Shown in pieces: positions 9,163 to 17,510 of a DNA stretch of 64,000 nucleotides (within the stretch, counting starts at the first letter, position 1; each line of letters opens with the position of its first letter). Location: positions 5,095-69,094 of the forward strand of contig CAYOSF010000014.1 of the NCBI GenBank assembly GCA_964406605.1. The letters run 5' to 3'. Under the pieces are notes generated by a model that was given only the letters and a program-made list of their open reading frames with translations, was not told the DNA's origin and searched no databases. This DNA comes from an uncultured Dehalococcoidia bacterium. GTDB taxonomy: Bacteria > Chloroflexota > Dehalococcoidia > DSTF01 > RBG-16-68-14. The position numbers were made by a program, and so were the translations under genes.

Positions 9163-10220
9163 GGCTGCTTTGCTCTTGCGGCCTCTACGACGGCGGGCTC
9201 CTTCCCGAAGGGGCCGAAGAGCGTCTTCCACTGATAGACGATCAGCGTGTCGAGCAGCTCCGAGCTGCCTCCGCCACGCGCCCGCTCGATCTCGCGGCGC
9301 AGCGTCGCCAGCGCCTCGTGCACGCCCGGCCCGAACAGCGACTCCAGATACTCCGGCGGGATGCGCATGGTCTCGGTATCGATCGAGCGGTCATCGCGCA
9401 GCCGGTAAGGCGAGAGGGGAGGTACATAGAAGACGTTGGGCTCGGTACCGACCTCCGGGTGGAGGGGCAGGGCGACCTTCCACTCGTACACCAGCCTGTG
9501 GATCGGGCCGCCCTCGTCGCCGAGCACGCCCACGAAGACGCACCGGCCCGGACAGTTTCGCGCGCAGACCGGGGCCACTCCCTCCTCGAGCCGTGGGAAA
9601 CAGAGATTGCAGTGCTGCGCCACGCCCCGCGCCTGGTTGAAGTAGACCTTCTTGTAGGGACACCCCCGCATGCACTCTCGCGACCCCTGGCAGAGGTCCT
9701 CGTCGCGGAGCACGATCCCGTCCTCCTCGCGCTTGTACATCGCCCCCGACGGACAGGCCTCGACACAGGCCGGGCGCGCGCAGTGGTTGCAGATGCGTGG
9801 CAGGTAGAAGAAGTAGGCGTTCGGGAACTCGCCCCCACCTTGGTCCTCGTCCCAGTTCGGACCCCAGGTGGGCGGACCGCCCTCGGCGGTGGTGGGCTTC
9901 AGGTGCACGGACTGGGCCTTGCCCCCAAAGAACACTTCCTCCTTGTTGAACTGCCAGCCGCCTCCGAACTCCTCCAGCGTCGGTTCGCGTCCCAGCACCA
10001 GCTCGCCGCCGCGATAGCCGCCTCCCATCTGCTCCCAGTCCCGCGGCGCGCCGCGACCGGGCATGGTGTTGACCGTGCACCACCACTGGTGCGCCTCGCC
10101 CTCCTCACGGGTCCAGAGCATCTTGCAGGCCACGCTGCAACTCTGGCATCCCATGCACTTGTTCAGGTCAAAGACCATCGCCACCTGGTTCGGCCTGCTT
10201 GCGGGCATTGTGGTGGTCAC
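9159..10220 (-). CDS. Fe-S beta subunit (NarH/EbdB-like) of the molybdoenzyme
   Basis: MVFDLNKCMGCQSCSVACK, YLPRICNHCARPACVEACP, CPYKKVYFN, CNLCFPR, LPLHPEVGTEPNVFYVPP. GTG start overlaps the TetR TGA. Confidence 0.93.
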   Translation of the reverse strand: MTTTMPASRPNQVAMVFDLNKCMGCQSCSVACKMLWTREEGEAHQWWCTVNTMPGRGAPRDWEQMGGGYRGGELVLGREPTLEEFGGGWQFNKEEVFFGGKAQSVHLKPTTAEGGPPTWGPNWDEDQGGGEFPNAYFFYLPRICNHCARPACVEACPSGAMYKREEDGIVLRDEDLCQGSRECMRGCPYKKVYFNQARGVAQHCNLCFPRLEEGVAPVCARNCPGRCVFVGVLGDEGGPIHRLVYEWKVALPLHPEVGTEPNVFYVPPLSPYRLRDDRSIDTETMRIPPEYLESLFGPGVHEALATLRREIERARGGGSSELLDTLIVYQWKTLFGPFGKEPAVVEAARAKQP

Positions 10221-10921
10221 CGCGCCCGCCCCTCGCTCGACCGCTCTCCCAGTCGGGGGTGTGCTCCGGTGGGACGCACCGTCGCACCCTCGTACACGGG
10301 CAGAGGCCGTCTGGCGATCTCGGCCGCTTCCTCCTCCGGCAGGCCAAGCAACCGCAGCAGGTTCCGAGCCAGCAGGCAATCCGCGTCGTCCGGCACTTCG
10401 CCCTTCAGCCGGGCCTGCATCACGCCGAGTATGGCTCCCGCGATCATGGCGAGCGTCGTTACCTCGTTGTCGCTGATGAAGCGGCCCGTGCTCAGCCCGA
10501 GACCCAGGTCTCGCAGCAGACGGTGGCCGAGCGCCGACCATAGCTCCTGGATGTAGATACCAGCACGCACGACGAACGAGCCCCAGACTGGGTCGTCGTC
10601 GACCATCCGGATGGTGAGCCGCGCGCTCGCGGCGAACACTTCGGCCACGTCGGTCATGTCCGCGGTCAGCCGGTCCAGGATCTGTCCGTGGGTCTCCACG
10701 GTCTCACTGACCACCGCCTGAAACAGATCCTCCCTCGAGTCGAAGTGGTTGTAGAAGGAGCCCACGCCGACATCGGCTTCCTCAGTTATCTCGCTGATCG
10801 GCACGGCCTCTATCGTCCCCCGGGAAGCGATGATCCGTCGCGCGGCAGCGACAAGGCGCCCCCGCGTCTCCCGACGCCGGCGTGCGCCGCGATCCATTCT
10901 CGCAACTGCTATCTGGGTCAT
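10217..10921 (-). CDS. TetR/AcrR family transcriptional regulator
   Basis: RRRRETRGRLVAAA...ISEITEEADVGVGSFYNHFDSREDL HTH; first gene of the operon. Confidence 0.93.
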   Translation of the reverse strand: MTQIAVARMDRGARRRRETRGRLVAAARRIIASRGTIEAVPISEITEEADVGVGSFYNHFDSREDLFQAVVSETVETHGQILDRLTADMTDVAEVFAASARLTIRMVDDDPVWGSFVVRAGIYIQELWSALGHRLLRDLGLGLSTGRFISDNEVTTLAMIAGAILGVMQARLKGEVPDDADCLLARNLLRLLGLPEEEAAEIARRPLPVYEGATVRPTGAHPRLGERSSEGRAR

Positions 10922-10947
10922 GCTCCTGCTCCGGTGCAGTCGACGGT

Positions 10948-10976
10948 ATTGTGACGGAATCTTCAAATATGTGCAA
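10948..10976 (-). promoter_or_regulatory. Sigma70-like promoter with overlapping imperfect palindrome (candidate TetR operator)
   Basis: Minus strand TTGCAC-N17-CACAAT. TGACG-GAAT-CTTCA (10952-10965) is one mismatch from a perfect palindrome. Confidence 0.5.
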
Positions 10977-11210
10977 GGCGTCATTTCTCGGTCGCTTCGG
11001 GATGACACGAGGGATCGGACTGGGACCAGAGGGCATCGATGGCCGGCTGCGACTTGTCGTTACTGGATGATGGGAGCCAGACGGGGCGGCATCACGCGGA
11101 ACGTCCATCGGCTGCCGTCTCGTTGATCCTCTCGCTCTCGCCCCCAATAATGGCAGGAACAAGGATGGCTGATGCGCCAAAAGGCGCCGACGAGCGAGGA
11201 AAGCACGACG

Positions 11211-12935
11211 ATGACGACGAAGAACTACTGGCGCCGGTTTCAGCATGAGCGCATCTCGCGGAGGCGCCTGCTGCGTGCGGCGGGCACCGGCGCGGCCGGG
11301 CTGACGGTGGCGGCAGCCTGCGGCGGGGGCGACGGAGACGGCAACAAGACTCCGGCGGGGGGCGGGACCCCCACGACGGGCGCGACGCCTGCGGCCGGGA
11401 CGCCCAAGCGCGGTGGTCGCTACAAGGCCCCGACGCCCGTCGATTGGGGAACGCTCGACCCAGCGACCAGTGTCGGCGGGTTCACCGCCATAGCCGCCCG
11501 CATCTACAATGGGCTACTCGACCGGTCCAGGACGAACCCTGATTGGTGGTTCTTCGACCTGGCGGAGACGATGGAGCAGCCCGACGACGAGAACTATATC
11601 TTCAACCTACGTACGGGCGTCAAGATCGCCCCCAACGACTACGGCATCGAGGAACGGGATATGGATGCTTTCGACGCCAAGGTCTGGCAGGACCGCATCG
11701 CCGAGGACGAAGGCGCCGGGCTGCGCTCCTTCACTGAGCCGTGGCTGAACTCGTACGAGGCGTCCGAGGCGCAGACCTTCATCTTGAAGAGCACCGGCCC
11801 CTACGCCTACTTCACCTTCCACACCGGCCCTCCCGGCGGCGGCTCGATCCCACCGCGCGAGTTCTGGGAGCGGGGAGTGAGCCTTGCCGACGGCGGTGTT
11901 GGAGGGGGCCCCTACACTATCCAGCCCGACTCCTATCAGGAGACCGGCGGCATCAGCCTGGACCGCAACCCCAACTACTACCGCACCGACGAGAACAACG
12001 ACAACGCGCAGCTCCCCTACTGGGACGGGATAGACGTCGCCCGCATCACCGACCGTCTGGCGAGGCGGACCGCCTTCCAGGACGCTCAGATCTATCAGTA
12101 CGGCGCTGCGGACAAGGCCGAGCGGGACGAGCTTCTCCGGCAGAAGCCCGACTACTTCGTCATCGAAGAGCCGATCAACACCTTCATCTCATTCACCATG
12201 AACCCCACGCGATCGCCCTGGGACGACGAGCGGATCCGCAAGGCGGCCAACTTCGCTCTCAACCGGCAGGAGTTCGCCGACCGCATCTTCGGTGAGGGCG
12301 GAGCGAAGCCGGACGGGCTGGTGCACTGGCCGATGGGCGCCTTCGCGCTCGATCCAGCGGAGCTGGAGGAGCTCCAGCCCTACGATCCTCAGCGCGCGCG
12401 AGATCTGATCAAGGACGCGACCGGGGAGGACACGATCAAGATCAAGGTCATGTACCCGACCGGCGTGGACATCTTCTTCCACGCCGAGCACCTGCCCATC
12501 TGGCAACAGCAGATGCGGAATGCGGGCTTCGAGTTGGACGAGGAGGCGCTGGACTTTGGCTCGTGGCTGAGCCGGTACACGACGGTTGACTACGACTCGT
12601 CGTTGGCGCTCAACCAAATCTATGAGCTTGCCGACGGCGCGTTGAAATGGCAGCACTCCCTGGGGCCGCAGGGCAACGGCAACTACGGTATCGGCATCGG
12701 AAAATTCTACCCGGAGATAGACGATGCGATCCAGAACTCGAAGCAGACCGCTGATCTGGATGTGGCAGCCGAGCGGGTGCGGGAGGTGCAGCGCCTCTGC
12801 TACGAGAAGGGGCCGGCTTTCCTCCCGATTGTGAGCTGGATCGAATACTCGATGGGCCAGCCCTTCGTCAAGAATGTCACCCCGGGCCTGGGGAACGCGG
12901 GACAGTACCTCAACGACATGTGGCTGGACCTGTAG
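11211..12935 (+). CDS. ABC transporter substrate-binding protein (family 5, OppA/DppA-like), Tat-exported lipoprotein
   Basis: SRRRLLRAAG twin-Arg leader, AAACGGG lipobox, PKRGG, TLDP, NPNYY, PWDDERIRKAANFALNRQ. Confidence 0.9.
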   Translation: MTTKNYWRRFQHERISRRRLLRAAGTGAAGLTVAAACGGGDGDGNKTPAGGGTPTTGATPAAGTPKRGGRYKAPTPVDWGTLDPATSVGGFTAIAARIYNGLLDRSRTNPDWWFFDLAETMEQPDDENYIFNLRTGVKIAPNDYGIEERDMDAFDAKVWQDRIAEDEGAGLRSFTEPWLNSYEASEAQTFILKSTGPYAYFTFHTGPPGGGSIPPREFWERGVSLADGGVGGGPYTIQPDSYQETGGISLDRNPNYYRTDENNDNAQLPYWDGIDVARITDRLARRTAFQDAQIYQYGAADKAERDELLRQKPDYFVIEEPINTFISFTMNPTRSPWDDERIRKAANFALNRQEFADRIFGEGGAKPDGLVHWPMGAFALDPAELEELQPYDPQRARDLIKDATGEDTIKIKVMYPTGVDIFFHAEHLPIWQQQMRNAGFELDEEALDFGSWLSRYTTVDYDSSLALNQIYELADGALKWQHSLGPQGNGNYGIGIGKFYPEIDDAIQNSKQTADLDVAAERVREVQRLCYEKGPAFLPIVSWIEYSMGQPFVKNVTPGLGNAGQYLNDMWLDL

Positions 12936-13006
12936 AGCGGCCCCACCGGCCGGGACAGGTCGCCTTCGCGCCTGCTGACGCTCTGGTTTGTCGCCGCCGT
13001 CGCTTG

Positions 13007-13975
13007 TTACCCGGCGCCCGTCCCGCAGTCGTGGCGGTACGAGTCTATCACGTGAAGAATATCGTCAACGAGGATCTGCCCGCTCGGTGGACCCAGCCTC
13101 CACGGCTCCTTTGCCGTCTCCGGGATGGCGGTCCGGTCGTACTTCTCGTCGTAGCCCGGGTCACCCTCTCGCAGGAAGTAGTGGTTCACCAGAAGCAGCA
13201 CGTCGTCGATGCGATTCTTCCCGTCGTTCGTCGGGTTGAAGTAGTCCCACGGGTTGTGCGGGTCACGTCGGCCGCCGAGTTTCTCGTCGAAGCCATTCTC
13301 ATTCACGTCCGGGCAGCCATCGTTGTCGTCGTCCGGATCGGCGCTGTTGGGCACCGTATCCCCGTCCGTATCGCCGTCCGGCGCCTTGGTGGGCATCGGC
13401 GTGGCCGTGGGTCTCGGCGTCCCATCCTCGCACTTGATGACCAGCACATCCGGACCGGACTCTACCTGGGTCGATCCCTTGTCGTCGATGACCAGCGTGT
13501 CAGCTGTGGAGTGTGTCAGGCTGACGCTACCATCTGCATCACATCTGAAGCTGCCTGTCGCGACGACCCCCGTGTACGTGGAGAAGGGTTCGCCAATGCC
13601 GATCGAGCAGCCCACCGACTCCCAATCAGGGCCGTAAGCATTCGCACAAAACAGGCCGTCCGGCCACACCATGTCAATCAGGCCGTTGGGCGTCACACCG
13701 TCGTAGGCAACGGTAACAGCCACGGCTTCGTATGCCCCATTCGGCAGAGCCGAGACACCCTCGAGAATCACCTTGACAGTGAAGTCCGTATCCACAGGGA
13801 TGTAGCACTTGTCGTAGCCGCGGGAGGTGTCACAATCCCCGACGGCTATCGAGAAGTCCACGGCCTCCGTTTGGGCCTCGATGGCGCTCCTGTGTCCCCA
13901 GGTGAAGACCACCACAACCATCACAGCAACGGCCATCACCGCGCCCAGAACCACCAGGTTTCGTCGCGATCGCAT
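13007..13975 (-). CDS. Secreted surface protein with C-terminal Ca-binding dockerin-like (flexitail-type) domain
   Basis: Signal peptide, beta-rich domain, PTATP linker, DTDGDTVPNSADPDDDNDGCPD, GGRRDPHNPWDYFNPTNDGKNRIDD, GPPSGQILVDDIL..HDC. Confidence 0.7.
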   Translation of the reverse strand: MRSRRNLVVLGAVMAVAVMVVVVFTWGHRSAIEAQTEAVDFSIAVGDCDTSRGYDKCYIPVDTDFTVKVILEGVSALPNGAYEAVAVTVAYDGVTPNGLIDMVWPDGLFCANAYGPDWESVGCSIGIGEPFSTYTGVVATGSFRCDADGSVSLTHSTADTLVIDDKGSTQVESGPDVLVIKCEDGTPRPTATPMPTKAPDGDTDGDTVPNSADPDDDNDGCPDVNENGFDEKLGGRRDPHNPWDYFNPTNDGKNRIDDVLLLVNHYFLREGDPGYDEKYDRTAIPETAKEPWRLGPPSGQILVDDILHVIDSYRHDCGTGAG

Positions 13976-14168
13976 GCCACACCTCCCGCCTGCGGTCGGT
14001 GATGGGCTGCCCGCCGTGCGGGACACGCGCCCGCCACTGACCACCAGCTCCGTACGCGGCGATCCTAGCGTGCCAGGGACGGCTTGTCAACAAGCACTTG
14101 TTGCCTACCGGCACAGCTCGTAACGGCAGCCTCGAGGCCGAAGCCTGTGGCTATAGGACAGGATGGCG

Positions 14169-16025
14169 TCACACCACCGCCGGCTCGGCCGTACCGGTAC
14201 CGAATTGGCGCATGAACAGCTCATAGTACCGCCCGCGCGCGGCCATCAGCTCGTCGTGGTTGCCCTGCTCCACCATCACGCCACTCTCTAGGAAGTAGAT
14301 GCGGTCCACGTTGCGGATGGTCGAGAGGCGGTGCGCGACGATGAAGACCGTGCGGCCCTCCATCAGCTCGGCCAGACCATCCAGGAAGTCCGCCTCGGTA
14401 TGGAGGTCGAGGGCGGATGTCGGCTCATCGAGCAGCAGGATCGGCGCGTCCTTGAGGAACGCCCTCGCGATCGAAATGCGCTGCTGCTGCCCAACGGAGA
14501 GCTTGACGCCGCGTTCGCCCACTTCGGTCTCGTACTTGGCAGGCAACTCCTGGACGAACGCGTCGGCGCGAGCCGCCCGGGCCGCCGCCTCAACCGCTTC
14601 CGCACTCGCGTCGAGACGCCCATAGAGGATGTTCTCGCGTACCGTCGCCGAGAAGAGCAACGGCTCCTGCGGCACCATGCTCACCAGGTCACGCAGCGAC
14701 GCGATCTTCAGCCGCCGGACGTCCACATCGTCTATCTCGACCGAGCCGCCCGTGACGTCGTAGAGTCGCGGCATGAGGTTGAGGATCGTCGTCTTGCCGG
14801 AGCCGGTCTCCCCGACAATGGCGATCTTCTCGCCCTTGCGCGCCTCGAAATCGATGCGCTCCAGCACGGGCCGGCCGGCATCGTACTCGAACCGCACCTG
14901 CCGGAAAGCGACGCCGCGCTCCAGGGCGGGCTTCTCGACGGCGTCCGGCGCCTCCCGGATGTCCGGCGTCTCGTCCAGCACCTGGAACGCCCGCCCAACA
15001 CCGACAACAGCGTCCTGGAACGGGCCGTAAACGAACATGATCTGGTTCATCATCTGGTAGATGCTCTGCATGTAGGTGACGAAGACCCATAGAGCCCCTA
15101 CCGTGAGCGGTCCGTCGACGACCCGGTAGGCCGCGAAGAGGAGCACCGATGCCGTACCCAGCCCCGTGATCGCCACGGTGGCCACGTTCAGCACCTGCTC
15201 CGCAAGGCGGAAGCGCAACTGGGCCCGCACGAAGTTCATGCTTGTTCCCGCGAAGCGCTCCCGCTCCCGGCCCTCGCGACCGAAGACCTGCACCGCACGG
15301 ATTGCACCCATCGTCTGCTCGATGAGCGAGGTCAGGCGGCTCATGTGTTCCCGGCTCTCCTGCGAGGCACGCTGGATGCGGCCGGTCAGCCGGTGGATCG
15401 CGAAGAATAGCAACGGCAGCACGCCGAGCGAAACGATGGTGAGCCACGGGTCCAGCAGCAGCATGAGCGCGATCATCACCAGCAGCCGGAAGATCAGCGC
15501 CGACCACGTCTGGACGCCGAAGATCATCACTTCCTGGATGCCGCGGGCGTCGTTGATGGCGCGCCAGATGCTGTCGCCGACCGATTGGCCGGAGTGGTAG
15601 CGAAGCGACAGCGTCCGCATGTGCCCGACGATCCGCGAACGGAGCGTGTGGATCATCAAGAGCGCCGTCCGCGCGATGACGTAATAGCTGCCGGCGTTGA
15701 TCAGCACCCCACCGACCGTGATCGCGAGATACGTCGCCGCCAGCCAGCCCGCTGCCACGAACTTCTCTCTGTTCGTCTGGGTGACCACCTCGCCCAGCGG
15801 CCCCAGGTCCAGCCGGTCGCTGGCAAGCACGCCGTCTATGAGAAACTTGATCGGCCATGGCATGAAGGCGACCAACAGCGAGCCGCACATCAGCAGCACC
15901 ACGCTCAACCCGACGCCGCCACGGAACTCCCCGATGTACGAGATGATCCGGCGGTAGACGTGGGCGACCGGCGCCTCCGTCCCTTCTGGGCCGAGCGGCG
16001 CGTTCGGATCGAACAGGCGAGTCAC
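14169..16025 (-). CDS. ABC exporter, fused permease/ATPase (MsbA-like)
   Basis: About 6 TM segments, GETGSGKT, LSVGQQQRISIARA, LLLDEPTSALD. Confidence 0.95.
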   Translation of the reverse strand: MTRLFDPNAPLGPEGTEAPVAHVYRRIISYIGEFRGGVGLSVVLLMCGSLLVAFMPWPIKFLIDGVLASDRLDLGPLGEVVTQTNREKFVAAGWLAATYLAITVGGVLINAGSYYVIARTALLMIHTLRSRIVGHMRTLSLRYHSGQSVGDSIWRAINDARGIQEVMIFGVQTWSALIFRLLVMIALMLLLDPWLTIVSLGVLPLLFFAIHRLTGRIQRASQESREHMSRLTSLIEQTMGAIRAVQVFGREGRERERFAGTSMNFVRAQLRFRLAEQVLNVATVAITGLGTASVLLFAAYRVVDGPLTVGALWVFVTYMQSIYQMMNQIMFVYGPFQDAVVGVGRAFQVLDETPDIREAPDAVEKPALERGVAFRQVRFEYDAGRPVLERIDFEARKGEKIAIVGETGSGKTTILNLMPRLYDVTGGSVEIDDVDVRRLKIASLRDLVSMVPQEPLLFSATVRENILYGRLDASAEAVEAAARAARADAFVQELPAKYETEVGERGVKLSVGQQQRISIARAFLKDAPILLLDEPTSALDLHTEADFLDGLAELMEGRTVFIVAHRLSTIRNVDRIYFLESGVMVEQGNHDELMAARGRYYELFMRQFGTGTAEPAVV

Positions 16026-16029
16026 AGCG

Positions 16030-17241
16030 TCACCAGTAGGCCAAATCCGTGTACGGCCTGGTCAGCTTCACGTTCAAGTCTCTTGCCGCGCCGATCGGCT
16101 GCCAGTAGATCGGGCGGGCCTCCGTCACCGGCTCGTAGCTCGCGAGCGACTCCACCACCGAAGGCAGGAACTGGAGCGGCGCCATGAGCTGGCCGCGACC
16201 GAGACTGTGGGTCACGCCAATAAGATAGCCGACGAGCCGCGCCATCGCGTCCTCCCGACCCTCCGCGCAGCCGAAGTCCATGAGCGCCGTGTTCTCGATA
16301 ACACGCTTCTCGCCGGTCTTCCTGTGGCGCCAAACCTCGCGCATGTGCTTGCCTTTGTCCCAGAGCCCCGCACAGGCGACGATTCGTCCGCCCTCCTCGA
16401 GCACGTAGTAGTCCTGCCAGCCGTAGACCGGCACCCAGAAGTCCGGCTTTGGCCCCCAGAACGAATCGTCCAGCTTCCCCTGCAGGTGCTCGACGGTATA
16501 GGGGCGGAACAGGTCCAGGCCCCGGTGAGTCCTGTTGATCAGCGCCACGCAGCGCCGGACATCAGATCGACGCGAGGGCCTGATGCCATCGGCCTCGCCC
16601 TCGAAAGGACAACACGCGAAGCAATGGATGCTGGCCGTGGTGCCCCGCCGGCTCCGGCGGCGACGGTAGTAGTACGTGGCCAGGGCCTCCCAGCCCAGGG
16701 CGCGTCGGGGTACCGTGCGCAACAGACGGCCCAGTCCCTGTCCTCTGGCGTCCGTCCGGGTCCTCCATGCCGACTCGATCTGGACGGTGACGCGCTTCCC
16801 CCCGACCAGCGTGTTCCTCGCCGAGTGCACGATCGCCGCCAGGATGGCCCCTCGGTCCTCGGCCACCTGGATGCTCACGTTCTCCTGCAGCCGGAATTGG
16901 GCAAAGGCGTACGGGCTGCGTTCCACCGTCACCTCCCACTCGCCGTCGTTCTCGGGCGAGTGGGCGTAGAGCTCGGCGAGCGCCTCGTCGTCGCCCCACG
17001 TCGCCTCCCGGACCCGCAGCGTGCCGCTGATCAGCCGTTCGCGCCGGTCGAGGTCCCGCTGAATCCTCTTGAGCGCTCCCTGGCCTCGCCTCAGCCAGCG
17101 ACCGACGTCGGCGCGGCGCACTCGGAGCTCGTACGCCCGCTCGAGCACCGGTTCGGGCCAGCCATGCTCTCGCCAGGCTGCACGCACCGCATCCGGTATC
17201 TCCCCCGGCCGCTCGAAGATCGAGCGATCGCCGGCCATCAC
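16030..17241 (-). CDS. Putative tandem GNAT-fold protein
   Basis: LRVREATWGDDEALAELY, acyl-CoA-binding-like WRTRTDARGQGLG, second repeat IRPSRRSDVRRCVALIN...GRIVACAGLWD. GGAGG SD; GTG at 17241 or ATG at 17238. Confidence 0.6.
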   Translation of the reverse strand: MMAGDRSIFERPGEIPDAVRAAWREHGWPEPVLERAYELRVRRADVGRWLRRGQGALKRIQRDLDRRERLISGTLRVREATWGDDEALAELYAHSPENDGEWEVTVERSPYAFAQFRLQENVSIQVAEDRGAILAAIVHSARNTLVGGKRVTVQIESAWRTRTDARGQGLGRLLRTVPRRALGWEALATYYYRRRRSRRGTTASIHCFACCPFEGEADGIRPSRRSDVRRCVALINRTHRGLDLFRPYTVEHLQGKLDDSFWGPKPDFWVPVYGWQDYYVLEEGGRIVACAGLWDKGKHMREVWRHRKTGEKRVIENTALMDFGCAEGREDAMARLVGYLIGVTHSLGRGQLMAPLQFLPSVVESLASYEPVTEARPIYWQPIGAARDLNVKLTRPYTDLAYW

Positions 17242-17259
17242 TTACCTCCCAGGAAACCT

Positions 17260-17290
17260 GCGAGCCCGCCTCCTCAGGAAGCGGGCTCGC
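17260..17290 (-). terminator. 14-bp GC-rich hairpin between the leader ORF and the GNAT-like gene (weak U-tract)
   Basis: Minus strand GCGAGCCCGCTTCC-TGA-GGAGGCGGGCTCGC followed by AGGTTT. Confidence 0.5.
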
Positions 17291-17314
17291 GCAATCTACT
17301 CTATGTAACTTCCG

Positions 17315-17410
17315 TCAGAAACGCCCGCTTCGTCCCCAGTCGCCACCGCTCCGGCCGCATGGAACCAGCAACCGTGGGCGTGGGTGGGAGTACCTTGAGC
17401 CATCTGCCAT
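17315..17410 (-). CDS. Candidate 31-aa leader or precursor peptide MADGSRYSHPRPRLLVPCGRSGGDWGRSGRF
   Basis: GAGG SD 7 nt before ATG, directly downstream of a TTGACG-N17-TAGGAT promoter; below the ORF-track cutoff. Confidence 0.45.
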   Translation of the reverse strand: MADGSRYSHPRPRLLVPCGRSGGDWGRSGRF

Positions 17411-17436
17411 ATCGATACCTCTTAGCGTGCTCCACT

Positions 17437-17465
17437 ATCCTACGCGGAGCATGGCCGCTCGTCAA
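17437..17465 (-). promoter_or_regulatory. Sigma70-like promoter
   Basis: TTGACG (17465-17460), 17-nt spacer, TAGGAT (17442-17437). Confidence 0.6.
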
Positions 17466-17510
17466 GTGCGCGATCTGCCGACCGGCGACGACCGACGCGA
17501 GTTCTGCGTC

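Noticed and set aside
6376-10220. Annotating the Mo enzyme as nitrate reductase narGH
   Set aside because: The alpha subunit is about 930 aa with EbdA-like motifs (KYYHGD, GNWGK), narI and narJ are absent, and the context is catabolic.
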